Source: the human T2T-CHM13v2.0 reference genome, Homo sapiens. Taken from it: DNA of 64,000 nt. A model generated the notes under the pieces. It searched no databases, was not told the DNA's origin, and saw nothing but the letters and a program-made list of their open reading frames with translations. This document shows, in pieces, positions 34,579 through 50,752 of the stretch. The DNA lies in the NCBI RefSeq assembly GCF_009914755.1, contig NC_060926.1, one strand, 5' to 3'. The position numbers and the translations under genes were made by a program. Within the stretch, counting starts at the first letter, position 1. Every line of letters begins with the position of its first letter.

Positions 34579-34890
34579 TTTTCTTTCTTTCTTTCTTTTT
34601 TTTTTTTTTGAGTTGGAGTCTTGCTCTGTCGCCCAGGCTGGAGTGCAGTGGCGCGATCTCAACTCACTGCAACCTCCCCCTCCTGGGTTCAAGAGATTCT
34701 CCCTGTCTCAGCCTCCTGAGTAGCTGGGACTACAGGCGCCCACCATCACGCCTGGTTAACTTTTGTGTTTTTACTAGAGATGAGGTTTCACCATATTGGC
34801 CAGGCTGGTCTCAAACTCCTGACCTCATGATCCACCCGCCTCAGCCTCCCAAAGTGCTGGGATTATAGGCGTGAACCACCGTGCCCGGCC
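34579..34890 (-). mobile_element. Alu
   Basis: Antisense dimer. Confidence 0.9.
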
Positions 34891-34989
34891 TCATCATGCA
34901 TTTTCTAAACGAATGAATACCTGAGAACTTGAGCCAAAAATCAAATGCACTTATACAACTAGAAACTTTAGTAAGAAAATAAACATCAA

Positions 34990-36309
<1,320 letters not shown>

Positions 36310-36561
36310 TTATGGCTGCCAATGCCTTCACTACAGCTGTGCTGTGAGCTCTTCATCCGCTCCTCTTGTCTCTTCCTGGAGCTCTGATTCTGGTTATGTG
36401 CTACTGTTCTTCACTCGGCTCAGGAGCCTGTGTTTCCCTTTACTTGTGGTCTTCTGGCCCCAGACCTGACCTCTGGATTCTGGAAGACAAACCCATCACC
36501 CAACTATCCTTGTTTCTACAGTGGTGGTAGTTGTTTCATCTTTGTTTAATTTTATTGATAA

Positions 36562-36912
<351 letters not shown>

Positions 36913-36929
36913 TTTCCCTTTCTCATCAT

Positions 36930-38569
36930 ATACTCACTTGTAGCTGTGGAAGGGAAACATGTTCATCCCAAAAAGTTCGGAGTCCTTTGCAGCATCCAGG
37001 CGCAGCCGTGGCAGCTGGGTGGGGTCCCAGGCTGAAGAGGTTAGCCACTGTGAAAATGGCTACAGGAAATGGGGCTGTGTCTAATCTCAAAGAATACCAC
37101 AAAGCCAAAGTTAACTCCAGACACTGCTCGTCCACAAATGGTCATCCCTCAGTACCAAAGCAGCAGACATGAGGATGTGACTGAAGGCCAGGCCTATGAG
37201 ACATGGTGTCCTCCTTCTTGCCCTCAACATCAGTACCCATGAAGCCAAAACACAGACTGTCCTGTCCACACCTACACAATAGAGACTTAGATCAGCTTCC
37301 TCACATCTATGGCTTTAAGAATTCCTGCTTAGTAGTAAAGCAGTAATTTCAGACAGCAGCTGAGAGAGCGTCAGCACCAGGATGAGGAGGAGGATAGGCT
37401 CTTGCTATCCAGGCATTAAAAAGCTTAATTATTTTAATTTCTTATCCCATATTGGCACTCCTGTGGATGAAGGATAGAGAATTAGCATGGCCCTCCCTTC
37501 TTTCATCCTGTAAATGGGCAGGAATGTGGAACTTCAGGCAGGATAAATGGAGTGATGGTGAACCCCAGTAGCAGAGGCCTCAAAAAAATCAGTCCTCATA
37601 ATGATCAACTATCTGGCCCCTGGTGTGGTACCCAGACTGTTGAACATGCCAGAGGTGCCATATAAAGATGTGGATTCTTCTCCATCACACTTGTGTACAA
37701 AACCTGTGCAGAGTCTGCAGAAGATGCAAAAGACCATCTACTCTAAGATCAGAGGTTCAGTGTTTCGAGCCACTTTATAGATGCTCATGATAAAGTAACT
37801 TGCAAGAGCTAAAGTGTTGACAATGAGCATTGAGTAATGCTTACTGCGGCAGAAGCTGTTCGTTGTCTAGCCAGAAGTCATTCTTCACCTCCTTAATGAT
37901 AGGAACTCTGGTTCTATTCTGAGCAGCAGAGCACCCAACTATATTTCTTGGCTTCTTTTGCAGCTAGATATAGCTAATCAGGCCAATGAAATATTGATAT
38001 ATCAAATATCAGGTGAATGCTATGCTGATAAAATTCAAATTTTTTGGATAGGACTTCTGGAAGGGTACTTAAAAGAGTGACAACTAGGACACTCCCTTTT
38101 GGCCTTGCCTTTTCCTTCTTTCTACCTGGAATGTGGATTTAATGGCTGGAACCCCAACAGCCACCTTGTGACTTTGAGGACATAAGCCATGCCTTAAGGA
38201 TGGCAGAGGAGAAAAACAGAAGATGCCTGATTCCCCGATAATCTTACGGAGGCTTCATATCAGCCCTGGACTGCCTACTTCTGGACTTGAATGTGAGAGA
38301 ATAAAACCTGATGTAATTAACCATTGTACTTACAGCCAAAGAAAGTTCCTGTTAAACTTTCCAAAACAATACATAGAATCCACAGAAAAAGAGCTAACTC
38401 TTCCATCCTCATGTTGGGACCAGAAGGGAGGTGAGCTGTACCTCACTGTGCGGCTGGCCTGACCTCAGAAGCTTTACGGTCAGCTCCAGAGCACTGACAC
38501 CTCCAGGATTGTAGCTCATAAGGGCAGAATAATAGTCACAGAGGAGGTGTGGACCTTCCCTGTCCCCAT
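36930..38569 (-). pseudogene. Processed pseudogene of an SLC2A3/GLUT3-like glucose transporter (probably the locus annotated SLC2AXP1), split by an LTR
   Basis: Minus-strand translations give MGTGKV, SYNPGGVSA, SEVQLTSL, SSFSV, SMLIVN, CRLCTGFV, PLLLGFTI, RARRRTPCLIGLA, FGFVVFFEI and [14 protein letters not shown], collinear with GLUT3 and without introns; many stops and frameshifts. Confidence 0.88.
37865..38345 (+). mobile_element. Old ERVL-type solo LTR (LTR16-like) inserted in the SLC2A retrocopy
   Basis: Motifs ATGGCTGGAACCCCAACAGCCACCTTGTGAC, CAGCCCTGGACTGCCTACTTCTGGACTT and GAGAGAATAAAACC; GLUT3-like homology resumes on both sides. Confidence 0.65.
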
Positions 38570-41199
38570 AGCCCAGCATCATTCTTTGCAAATCCCTCAT
38601 AAGTATCTGATAGTTCAATCCCAGCATCTTTCAAACATCCTTTGGCTGGTTCTCTTCAGGCCAACTTCTCTGCCACTCTTACTAAAAATATATCCATTCA
38701 TCCATATAAAACTGTCTTTTCAAAGTACACACAGAATGAATTATAAACAAAATATACAATCACACTATTCACAGTTGGCTAACTGGTTGCCAAGAGTCAC
38801 TTCAATATGGAGTTCTTGACTATTATTACACCTGGCTGTGGAGATGCCTGATGAACTTCCAGGTCTACTACTTATCTCATTTTGTTGTTTGGAGGTGGTG
38901 AAAGGGACATCCCAAGCATCCTCTTGGTGCAAGAGAATGACATGATATAGGCTGGAAGGTGCTTCTCATCTAAAGGTCTACTTGCTTTCCTCACAACATG
39001 TGTGGCCATTCCTGCTATTTCTTTCCTAATAACCCCCAACAGCTACCCTGCTAGGAAATGGGAGTTTTCTGTAACTTCCTTGAAAAGGCATATCAGTAAG
39101 TCTATCTGATGGAAGCATGGATGGAAATAAGATCTCCTCTATTCATTATGACTTTATGAGTTTCAAAGAATCCATAATACTCCTTTAGCTATTGTTGGGG
39201 AACAAGCCAAGCAGATATCAGCAAACCAAAGACAAGCTAAAACCAACCCTGAATGTCCTGTGTCTGGGCAAAGCGGATGTGGACCACTGTATCACTTGGC
39301 TTGACAGAAACTGCCCAGATAGACCTCCATGTCCCAGATACCTTTGCATTCTTCAGTCGTCATGGTTGCTCCTTTCAAATACCAGATAAAATGCCAGATC
39401 AACATTTATCAGGTCCCAGAAGTCCATCTGGTTATTGCTTGTGATGTCAGCAGCTGTCTTGGCCTCATTCTGTGGCTCTTTCCTGGACTGCTGTTTGCAA
39501 CAGCTCCTCTACCATCAGCGCAACTTCATCAGTCAGAGATGGTCAGAAATTTCACAAGTAAATTCCTGCTATACTAGAGTTCTTTAAGGATCTGGCCACG
39601 ACACTAAGGCTCCTTGAGCAACTCTAAGACAGTAAGGGATTTGCTTCCTTGAAGTTCCTGGTGCTAGGATCAGAGCCCCTCTGTCATTCTCCCCCAGGGG
39701 CTTGTCTCCAGGTTCCTCCTTCCTCGATCCAGGCCTGTGCCTCTGCCTTCATCACTTGATCCTAGCCACTGCTCCTGCTCCACCATGAATCATCGCTCCT
39801 CGCCCACAGTTGTCCCTTTCAAAAATGCTGCCATTAGAGGGACCAGGGGTCATAGGCAGCCATGCTCCCAGTCTTAGCCCAAATTCCCTAGGAAATAGAG
39901 CTTGAGGCAAGGATTAAGAGCTGGTGCTTTATGAGGTGCAAACCTAGGGCAACATGAGTGAGGAAAAGGAAGTGAAATAGGAAAGGATGGGAAGAAATGC
40001 AAGACGATCCGTTTGCCTGTCGACTTCTACTTCACCAGCTGGGAAGGAGAGATTATTCAGCATGTGCATCTGCTTGGCTCTGTAAGAAGTCCACATTCCA
40101 GTGTACGTGGAGCAACCATGCCTCGAAGCAATAATGGGTAAAGGGAAGCCAAAGGAATTAATCTGATCAGCTTCCTCCATCTCTCAGATGCCCCCGCCCT
40201 TCAGATGGCATCACCCAGCCACTCCTAGGGAAGCCAGCCCCCACAACCCACTGTATAGCCCTTCAATAAGGCTGGAAGTGGTGTGAGGGGTCCGAAACCT
40301 GAGTGTGCAGCTCTTTGGCCTTCGGCTGGCAGGAGGAGAGCCTGGCACTCCCAGGTAGGTAACCGTCCAGCTGCAGGTGGTGCAAATGGAAGAGCTGAGT
40401 GGGTTCACAGGCCCTGGCAGCTGAGGTGGAGCAAATGGCCGAGGGTCTGTGCAGAGGGCTAAGGGATGTGATGAGGCACAAGACACATGCCCAATGAACT
40501 CCCTCTGCTGCTTCACTCCAAGCCTGACTTCCTGCCTCAGGTCTGCCTGCCTCTCACACTATCTGAGGCCTTTGGCACCTCTCTCTGTTATGTTGAATCT
40601 CATGTACCCCAAATCTTCACCTGTTTGCCACCCAAATCCTTCCTTCACATTTTTGGCTTTGCCCTCTTCCATGATGATGAACAGATTCCATATTCATTTC
40701 TCTTAACATCAGCTTTCACATCAAAGTAAATGGCCTTTTATGGCACTACTGCTGCTTAAGAAAGGCAAGGATGCTTTCCTGACAGGATGTCAGACCTATT
40801 AGAAGGAAATAGATGTTCTCATAAGTTTTGAAGAACTCAGGGTTAATCTACCTGTAAGAGACAATGAGGACTCATGGGTTTTTATTACAAGGTGTTCCAA
40901 TTCCACCCTACTGCTGTGTGACACCAATTTATGTGCTGCAGTGGGAGAGAGGTGCCACTGCTGTTCAAGGCCACATTATTCTAAAGTAGTGCCTGTGTCC
41001 GTGTGTGAAGAAAGTCTGAATTTTCCAGAAGCACACAAATTAAAGCCAAGAAAAGCAATGAGAACCATATTAGCTTCAGGTACTTTTACCTTCTCTGCAT
41101 CATACAGAGAAGAGTATACTCTCCTTCAGTTACTGATCATGTAAGTACCAGTAAATACTCTGGGGATATTCCTTCCCCATGGAGCCTGATCCCTGGTGC

Positions 41200-42470
41200 A
41201 TGCACACTGGGGGACACTAAAGAAATAAAATTAATAATTATAATATTAGAAAGAGATAGCTGCTATGGAAAAGAAATAAAGTAATGAAGGACAAAAAGGC
41301 TTCACAGAGACGGTGAACAGAGGCTTGGCGCTGGTGAAAGAACAAGCCTGGTGGCCATGTGGGGGAAGGATTATGCAGGCTGAGGAAGAGGCAGAGGGCT
41401 CCAGAGTGGAAGCTTCACCTGACTGAAGAAGGACAAGAAGGTCAGCGTGGCTGCAACAAAGCAAGCAAGGGGCAAGTCGTAGAAGAGATCAGAGAGCTAG
41501 TGGAGGTGGGTGGTGCAGGTTATGAAGGGGCTGTGGGCCATCGTAAAGACTTTTGGCTTTTATTCTGAGATGAGGGAGCCACTGTGTTGAGAATAGAATG
41601 TGCAGGACAAGAGTAGAAGGGGTGGGACTAGTTAGCAGGCATTTGCAGTGATCCACGCAAAAGATGATGATTTGAACCAGGGGGGTGGTGGTGGTCATGG
41701 TGGTGGTGGTGAAATGTCATTAGATTCTGCATGTATTTTGAGAGTAGAGCTGGTCAGGCACGGTGGCTCACGCTTATAATCTCAGCACTTTGGGAGGCCG
41801 AGACAGGTGGATCAGGAGGTCGGGAGATCAAGACCATCCTGGCTAGCGTGATGAAACCCCGTCTCTACTAAAAATACAAAAAATTAGCCACGCGTGGTGG
41901 TATGCGCCTGTAGTGCCAGCTACTTGGAAGGCTTGAGGCAGGAGAATCTCTTAAACCCAGGAGGCAGAGGTTGCAGTGAGCCGAGATCGCACCATTGCAC
42001 TCCTGCCTGAGCAACAGAGCGAGACTCCGTCTCAAAAAAAAAAAAAAAAAAAAGAGAGTAGAGCCAAAGCAACTGGATATGTGGCATGAGATAAAGAAAA
42101 TGATGACTCCAAGGTATCTGAACTGAGCAACCAAAGGATCAGGTTGCCATTTACTGAGGTGGGGAAACTGCAGGGGGAAGAGATTTGGCAGTGGAGGAGG
42201 GGGAACAGCAGAGTTCACTTTCGAATATGCTACGTTAAAGATGTTTATGAAACATCAAGTCAAGAGGTGGAGAAGACAGCTCAAGGTCAGGGGAAAAGCC
42301 CAGGCTGGAGATATAAATTGGGAGCTGACCACATTTGGGTGGTATTTAGAGCATGTGGGTGGAACAAGATCATCTAAGAGTAGGCACTGCTATCCTAGTG
42401 TTGACAGAAGAAGAGAGGCCCAAGGCCTGAGCTCTGGGGCATTTCAACATTTGGTTGATTCTTAGATGAG
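41200..42470 (-). mobile_element. Degraded L2 fragment interrupted by a sense Alu (41752-42053)
   Basis: Purine-rich L2-like motifs (GATGACTCCAAGG, GGCTGGAGATATAAATTGGGAG); Alu TSD gagagtagagc. Confidence 0.65.
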
Positions 42471-42589
42471 CAGCTTTGGCATCTTCTGGGAAGTTGGTGG
42501 AAACACAAATTCTCAGAATCACCTCGGACCACCCGAATGGGGGTGGAGTTCAGCACTGCATTTTAACAAGACTTTCAGATGATTCTGAT

Positions 42590-45048
<2,459 letters not shown>

Positions 45049-45289
45049 TTGTTTGGAAAACACTGGCTTAGAGGTGAGTAGAAGAGGAAATACCTAATGA
45101 GATTGAGAAAGAGTGACCAGTCAAGGAGGAAGAAAACCAGGGAGTATTTCCAGGAGCAGGGAGTAGCCAAGTGTTATCACCTGCTGTTAATAAAGTGAGA
45201 TGAGGACTGACAATTGATATGGTAACAAAGAAGGGATATCTGTGATGGGGATGGTTAGCAACAAGAAGAAAGGGGTACTCTAGACACGT

Positions 45290-46118
45290 TGAAACCAGTC
45301 AATAGTCCCATAGACTTTATTTTGGATAAACATAGAAAGTGACTCTTTGGTGGTTTTTTTTGTTGTTGTTGTTGTTTGTTTTTTGTTTTTTTTGAGACAG
45401 AGTCTTGCTCTGTTGCCCAGGTTGGAGTGCACTGGCACGATCTCTGCTCACTGCAACCTCCCCTCATGGGTTCAAGCGATTCTCCTGTCTCAGCCTCCTG
45501 AGTAGCTGGGATTACAGGCGTGCACCACCACGCCCGGCTAATTTTTCTGTTTTTAGTAGAGACGAGGTTTCATCATGTTGGCCAGGCTGGTCTCAAACTC
45601 CTGACCTCAAGTGATCCACCCACCTCGGCCTCCCAAAGTGCTGGGTATGATAATAGGCATGATCTACCGCGCCCGGCAGACTCTCTGGTCTTAAAGCTTG
45701 AAGCTTATACTTGTTTTATCATAGTTCCTTCCTCAGGAAAGACCCTCAAGCCTCTCAAAAAAGTATGAAAAGATGATTCTGAGGGAGCATTTGATGAAAA
45801 AAAAAAAAACAAGTATCAAAGAACTGAAACACCAGATGATGGCACCCAGACAAGGATACACCAGACCCCTCATTCATCATGATTGCTTCCTTATTCCTCC
45901 CTAGTTCCTGTTTTCCCCCACACAGTTACATTTCTTCCCTGCTATATAGACCCCTGGTTTTAGTAGGTCAGGGAGATGGATTTACAGCTGGTCTCCCATC
46001 TCCTTGGTTGTAGCATTTGATTAAAGCCTTCTTCCTTGGCAATACTCCTCTCAGTGATTGGCTTTTTTTGTGCAGCAAGCTGCAGGGCCTAGACCTTATC
46101 CCTGGGGTTTCCGTAGCA
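45290..46118 (+). mobile_element. ERV1-type solo LTR (LTR26-like), copy 2, containing an antisense Alu (45347-45677)
   Basis: Homologous to copy 1 throughout; TSD ac(g/a)t. Confidence 0.75.
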
Positions 46119-46787
46119 ACATCAGCGAGTAGTGTCTTTCATATGAAGCATCTTCTGAAGGAAACTGCCCATCCCATATCTCCTGCGGAAGGAAGAGTGG
46201 GGAGACTCCCTTTGGCTGTCATTTGAGGTGGCAGGGTTGTGTCTCTACCACAAGTCCTTTATCCCCACCAGCCCTAGCTGCCTGGACCAAATGCAGCCAA
46301 TCTACGGACCAGTTAGAGGTTAAGTGTGGTTATCTGTGCAGAAGAAACCCAAAATAATACTGGCTTATACAAAATAGAAGTTTGCATCTCTCTCATGCTA
46401 AAGCCCAAGCTCTGTTCCAACAAATTACCCGGGGCTCCGTTCCTTCTATCTTGTTGGTTTACCATCCCTAGGGTCTTAACCTAGTTCACACAGCCCATGA
46501 TGATTTCCTACGTTCCAGTCAGCAAGGGGCTGTGGGTGCTGGGGAGGGCAAAGGGCAGGAATAATGAGAAGCCTTGGGAAGCCTTGAGCCTATCTAAAAA
46601 TTGGAGATTCTGCTGGAGAAAGGTCAATTGGACATTGTGGCTTGTATCCACAAGGACATAGCTAATTAAATTTTCTCTTGGGAATCTGAACTGGACAGAA
46701 ACCTGACACTTTATTGTGGGAAGGTAAGTGAAAACACGCACTAGCCTGAAGACCCGCCCACCCCTAGAGCTCCTGGGGAGTCTGCAA

Positions 46788-47432
46788 TGTTGTACCCAGG
46801 CGAGTTGGAGAAAAACGCCATACTTTGACACGAATTAAGAGTCCTTTATTAAGCCGGCGGCCAAAGAGACGGCTAAAGCTCAAAATTCTTTCGGCCCCGA
46901 GGAAGGGAGTTGATTAACTTTTATATCTAGGTTTAGGAAGGGGAGGGGAACTCAAATGCAATAATTCTACAGAAGTAAAAACATGCCAAAATCAAAAAAC
47001 AAATGGTTACAAAGTGATAAACAATTTAAAAGACAAACGGTTACAAGAAGAGCAACGGTACCAGGTGCAAGGCTTTAAATCTTTCATTATAATTAGATAT
47101 ACGGGGTATGCCGGACACGAACTCAAGGCTTTATGTTTTCTCTTTGAGAAAAATCCTGGGAACTTCATACATTGTTGGTGCTAATACCTTATCAATTAAT
47201 TGGGCTCCTTTGAAATGCTGAGGATCTGCTTACACAGGTCAACTCCTTGCGGAAGGGGGTTGGGTAAGGAGCCCTTAGTGTCTTGTAAATTAAGGGGTCA
47301 ACTGGAGTTTGTCCGGCTTTCCCAGCTAGAGAGAGTCTTATTTACATGAGAAGCAAGGCTAGGTGATTAAAGAGACAAGCAGGATAAAATTCAAAGTAAC
47401 GAGTTAGAGTAAAAACAAGGTTAGGGATTTCA
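46788..47432 (-). mobile_element. ERV1-type solo LTR (LTR15-like), 645 bp
   Basis: TG...CA termini on the minus strand (TGAAATCCCTAACCTTG...GTACAACA), perfect 4-bp TSD GCAA, minus-strand AATAAA at about 46846-46851. The family name is from recall. Confidence 0.8.
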
Positions 47433-47599
47433 GCAAGACCTCCAGGCTCCAGCCTCCTTGGGGCAGCAAGACTAGTTTACTGGTTCTTCTTGGAGACGTG
47501 GCCGTTTTTGGGGTTGAAGTGATTTCGGGATTGAAATTCCATTTTTCTTTATTCCGAGGTGCAATATGGTACAAACATCCCTGGTTAAAGTAAACTGAG

Positions 47600-48450
47600 A
47601 TCACCTCTGTGTTGGCCACGAAGGGCCGATGCATGGAGGCGCAGCAGCGAGGACACCGCCGGGCGCCTCCCCTCCGATGGAGCACCGCAGCCCGGGAAGG
47701 ATCCTGCGTAGGTCAAGGGCGCCGCCTTCCGCCCTCACAGTAGCGGAGATGCGAAAAGTCCCACGCCGGGCGGGGTTTGGCGCGGCCACCGCCCAGAGTC
47801 GGCACCGAGGGAGGAGCGGCCCTTCCAGAGTCGCTGGCAGGGTTCAGCCAGCTGGTCAGCGCTCCTCCAGGTCGGTCAGGAGCGTGCCGCGGCAAGAAAC
47901 GCAGCCCCGGGAGCAGGTGGCCGCAGGGTCCTCTGGGAAGCGGTGTTGGGAGTGAGGGCCGTCAGCCGCGCCCCGCGGAGGATTCTGGGAGTGGTAGTTC
48001 GGCCTCATGGTTGGCCGGCGCTAGGCGTCCCCGCCGGCTGTTAGATGCCTTTGTCGTCGGGCTCGGCTTCCTCAGTGTGTGGCTGGAGGTCGAACCCAGG
48101 GTAGATGAGGGCTGAACGCATCCCCTTTTAATCTGAGTGTCCGGGAGGAGGGTGGCGGGAGGACCCCCGGGTGGGGGCGCCAGGCTGCCCACGCGTGCGT
48201 TCCCGGCCTCTTGGGGGACCCGAGCGGCGGACCTCCGGCTCCTTCCCCTGTCGCGGTTGCCTCCAGCGCGGGCCGGAGGAAGGAGTCTCCATGGAACCTG
48301 AGGGCAGAGGTGAGGATTTGGGAGTGATGCGGCCTTGGTGCCCGCTGCAGAGGGAGAAAGGGAGAAAGGCTACCTCTGGCTGGCGCAGGCTCAGGAAGGA
48401 GTAGCGTCACGAGCCCCTTCCTACTAGCCGGTCTCACTTGGGGTTTTGAG
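47600..48450 (+). promoter_or_regulatory. ZNF892: CpG island promoter of ZNF892
   Basis: High GC/CpG density containing the first coding exon. Confidence 0.85.
48291..48309 (+). CDS. ZNF892: ZNF892 first coding exon, MEPEGR
   Basis: ccATGG start; donor AGAG|GTGAGG; phase 1 joins the next exon in frame. Confidence 0.8.
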
Positions 48451-49122
48451 GGATAGCCCGCCACTTCCATTGCCCTCCTGGTCTGTAGGGCGCTGGATGC
48501 CTCCCTTGCTCAAGGGAAAATATCAACACATCTGACAATTTGGCTTTTGATAATGACTTCTTTTTTGATCTCAGAGGAGCCCCATAAGGCAGTAGGAAGG
48601 AACTATCCGACCCTTTTGGAAGGTAGGGAAAGCAGGGATTTGAGAAGTCACGGAATTTGTTTACAATCCTGTTTTGTTTTTGGTGGTGGTGGTGGTTTTT
48701 CCATAAGACGCATCACTTTTCTGAGTCAGGCGGTGTTGTATTAATATCTGAAAAGTCAGTGTTCAAAAAGAATTTAGTCTTCGTTTATCCTGTGAGCCTG
48801 GAATACAACACAGATGAATCACTGAGGCGTGGACATACAAAGACTTTGAGTATTATTTTGACTACTTAGCACATGCAATATAAAAATATGTTTAATTTAT
48901 ATGTCCAGATGCTCATAGGAGTTCTACTGGAGTTTAAGGACAGAGAATAGGAGGAGCCTGAGACAGCAATGGTCAAGGTGTCTTGATTAAAAGATATTAT
49001 GCGATTTTCGTTTGGTTCCCAGTGTTGACTCTTCTTAGATGACAACTAGCTGGTGTGTGGCACTTCCTGCTAGTTTATTGCAAGGACAGAGTAATCATCA
49101 TGGCTCCTGTCTCCACTTTTAG

Positions 49123-49211
49123 GATCACTTTTTGAGGACTCAGACCTTCTCCATGCTGGAAACCCAAAAGAAAATGACGTGACTGCTGTGCTGCTGACCC
49201 CTGGGTCCCAA
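49123..49211 (+). CDS. ZNF892: ZNF892 coding exon 2, GSLFEDSDLLHAGNPKENDVTAVLLTPGSQ
   Basis: ttttag| acceptor, CAA|GTAAGT donor; typical pre-KRAB ending LLTxxSQ. Confidence 0.87.
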
Positions 49212-50544
49212 GTAAGTTTAGATTTCTTCTTTCTTTTCCTTCTGTTCTCAGAGCAAGGATGTCTTTCCTTCCAGTGCTTATGGAATTGCTCAGCCCTGAT
49301 GCTTAGACCACTGGGTTCATCCTGATAAACTGATGACTGATGACCCCAAAGGAAGTGTTCTTCAGTTGTGCAGAACTTTCTTCCCAGCGTTGCTTTCTCT
49401 CTGCCCACTGAGTGTTTGCTGCACACACATTGAGTACTGTAATTGGCCTTGGTGAGATGCAAAGAAGTAAAAGCCACTTGCTCCTGCATCGTGGAGTTTA
49501 CTAAGGCAGTGAGAAATACATAAATAAAATAGTTAAACACGAAGAAATAGGTATTTTTTAAACATAGAAATCATTGGTCCAGACAAGTCATGAAAGTCTC
49601 TGAAAGAGTTTTTTTTTATCATCTGTTTGGGAGAAGTGTGGGATAAATCTGTACTTTGAAAAACAAGAGAGAGTGGGTAGTTGGAGGGTAGAATAAGGGA
49701 ATATTACAAGACAGAATAGCTTTGGCCAAAAAATAAAAAAAAAGTCTTCAAATGATGAGGGAGTTGGAGGTCTTCCGAGGATGTGTGGATGTGTGAGTCA
49801 CTGTGGGTTGACCTAGACTGTGGTGAGGGAAGCTCGGCTGTGTTGTACCCAGACCCCAGGACAGTCTACACTCGGTCTTATTCCAGAGGCAAATGAAGGC
49901 CTCATGAAGGTTTTTAGAGGCCCAGCAAGATGAAACATGCCATAGCTGATTGGAGAGAGAGGATTAGTAAAGATGCTTCTGTAAGATCTGGCCAAGACAG
50001 TGGGAGATTGGCAGACCCCTTGGTTCAGGTGCTGGGACTCTTTATTTCCGTCACACCAGGCCTAACAGCATACAGGTACTGATGATCCTTATAAAACCAT
50101 GGGAGAAAATGCCAGTATTGATTTTGATCTGTGAATTGGTAGATCGCTTTCAGAAAGATGAGGGGAGAGAAAGTAGCACCTGCTGACAGTGTCTGATTGG
50201 CCTGCCTGTGAGTTGATTACTGAGGTTTTCTTAGGGAACTGAAGTCTGAAAGCAACTGCCTGTTAGTCTGTTAGTGTTAGCATTGTTTGTACAGAACGAA
50301 GATGGTGCATGTTATATTACTTGTGCTGATCATTCCTGAGGCATATGACCTTAAGGGGCCATAAACTTAAAAGTGTGGGATTTCTTACTTGAAGTGTTAA
50401 AGAGTGTATTTTGGGCAGAGGATTTTCAGAGTAGGTAGTTCTTTTAACTTTATGTCATTATGTGCTTTGTTTTACCAGTCATTTTTGAAAGACTGAAATA
50501 TGCATTAGAAAGCTGAATATAAACAAAATTAACCGTTCGATTCA

Positions 50545-50752
50545 TATATATATGTATATATGTATATATATGTGTGTATATGTGTGTATATATGTGTGTA
50601 TATATGTGTATACATGTATATATGTATATATGTGTATATATGTATATATGTGTATATATGTATATGTGTATATATGTATATATGTGTATATATGTATATA
50701 TATGTGTATATATGTATATATATATGTGTATATATATGTGTGTGTATATATA
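50545..50752. repeat. (TATATG/TG)n microsatellite, about 200 bp
   Basis: Read directly. Confidence 0.97.

Noticed and set aside
36925-36945. GTGAGT donor-like site at the end of the GLUT homology, suggesting an unprocessed pseudogene
   Set aside because: Homology runs uninterrupted across several GLUT exon boundaries, and no convincing last exon was found downstream.
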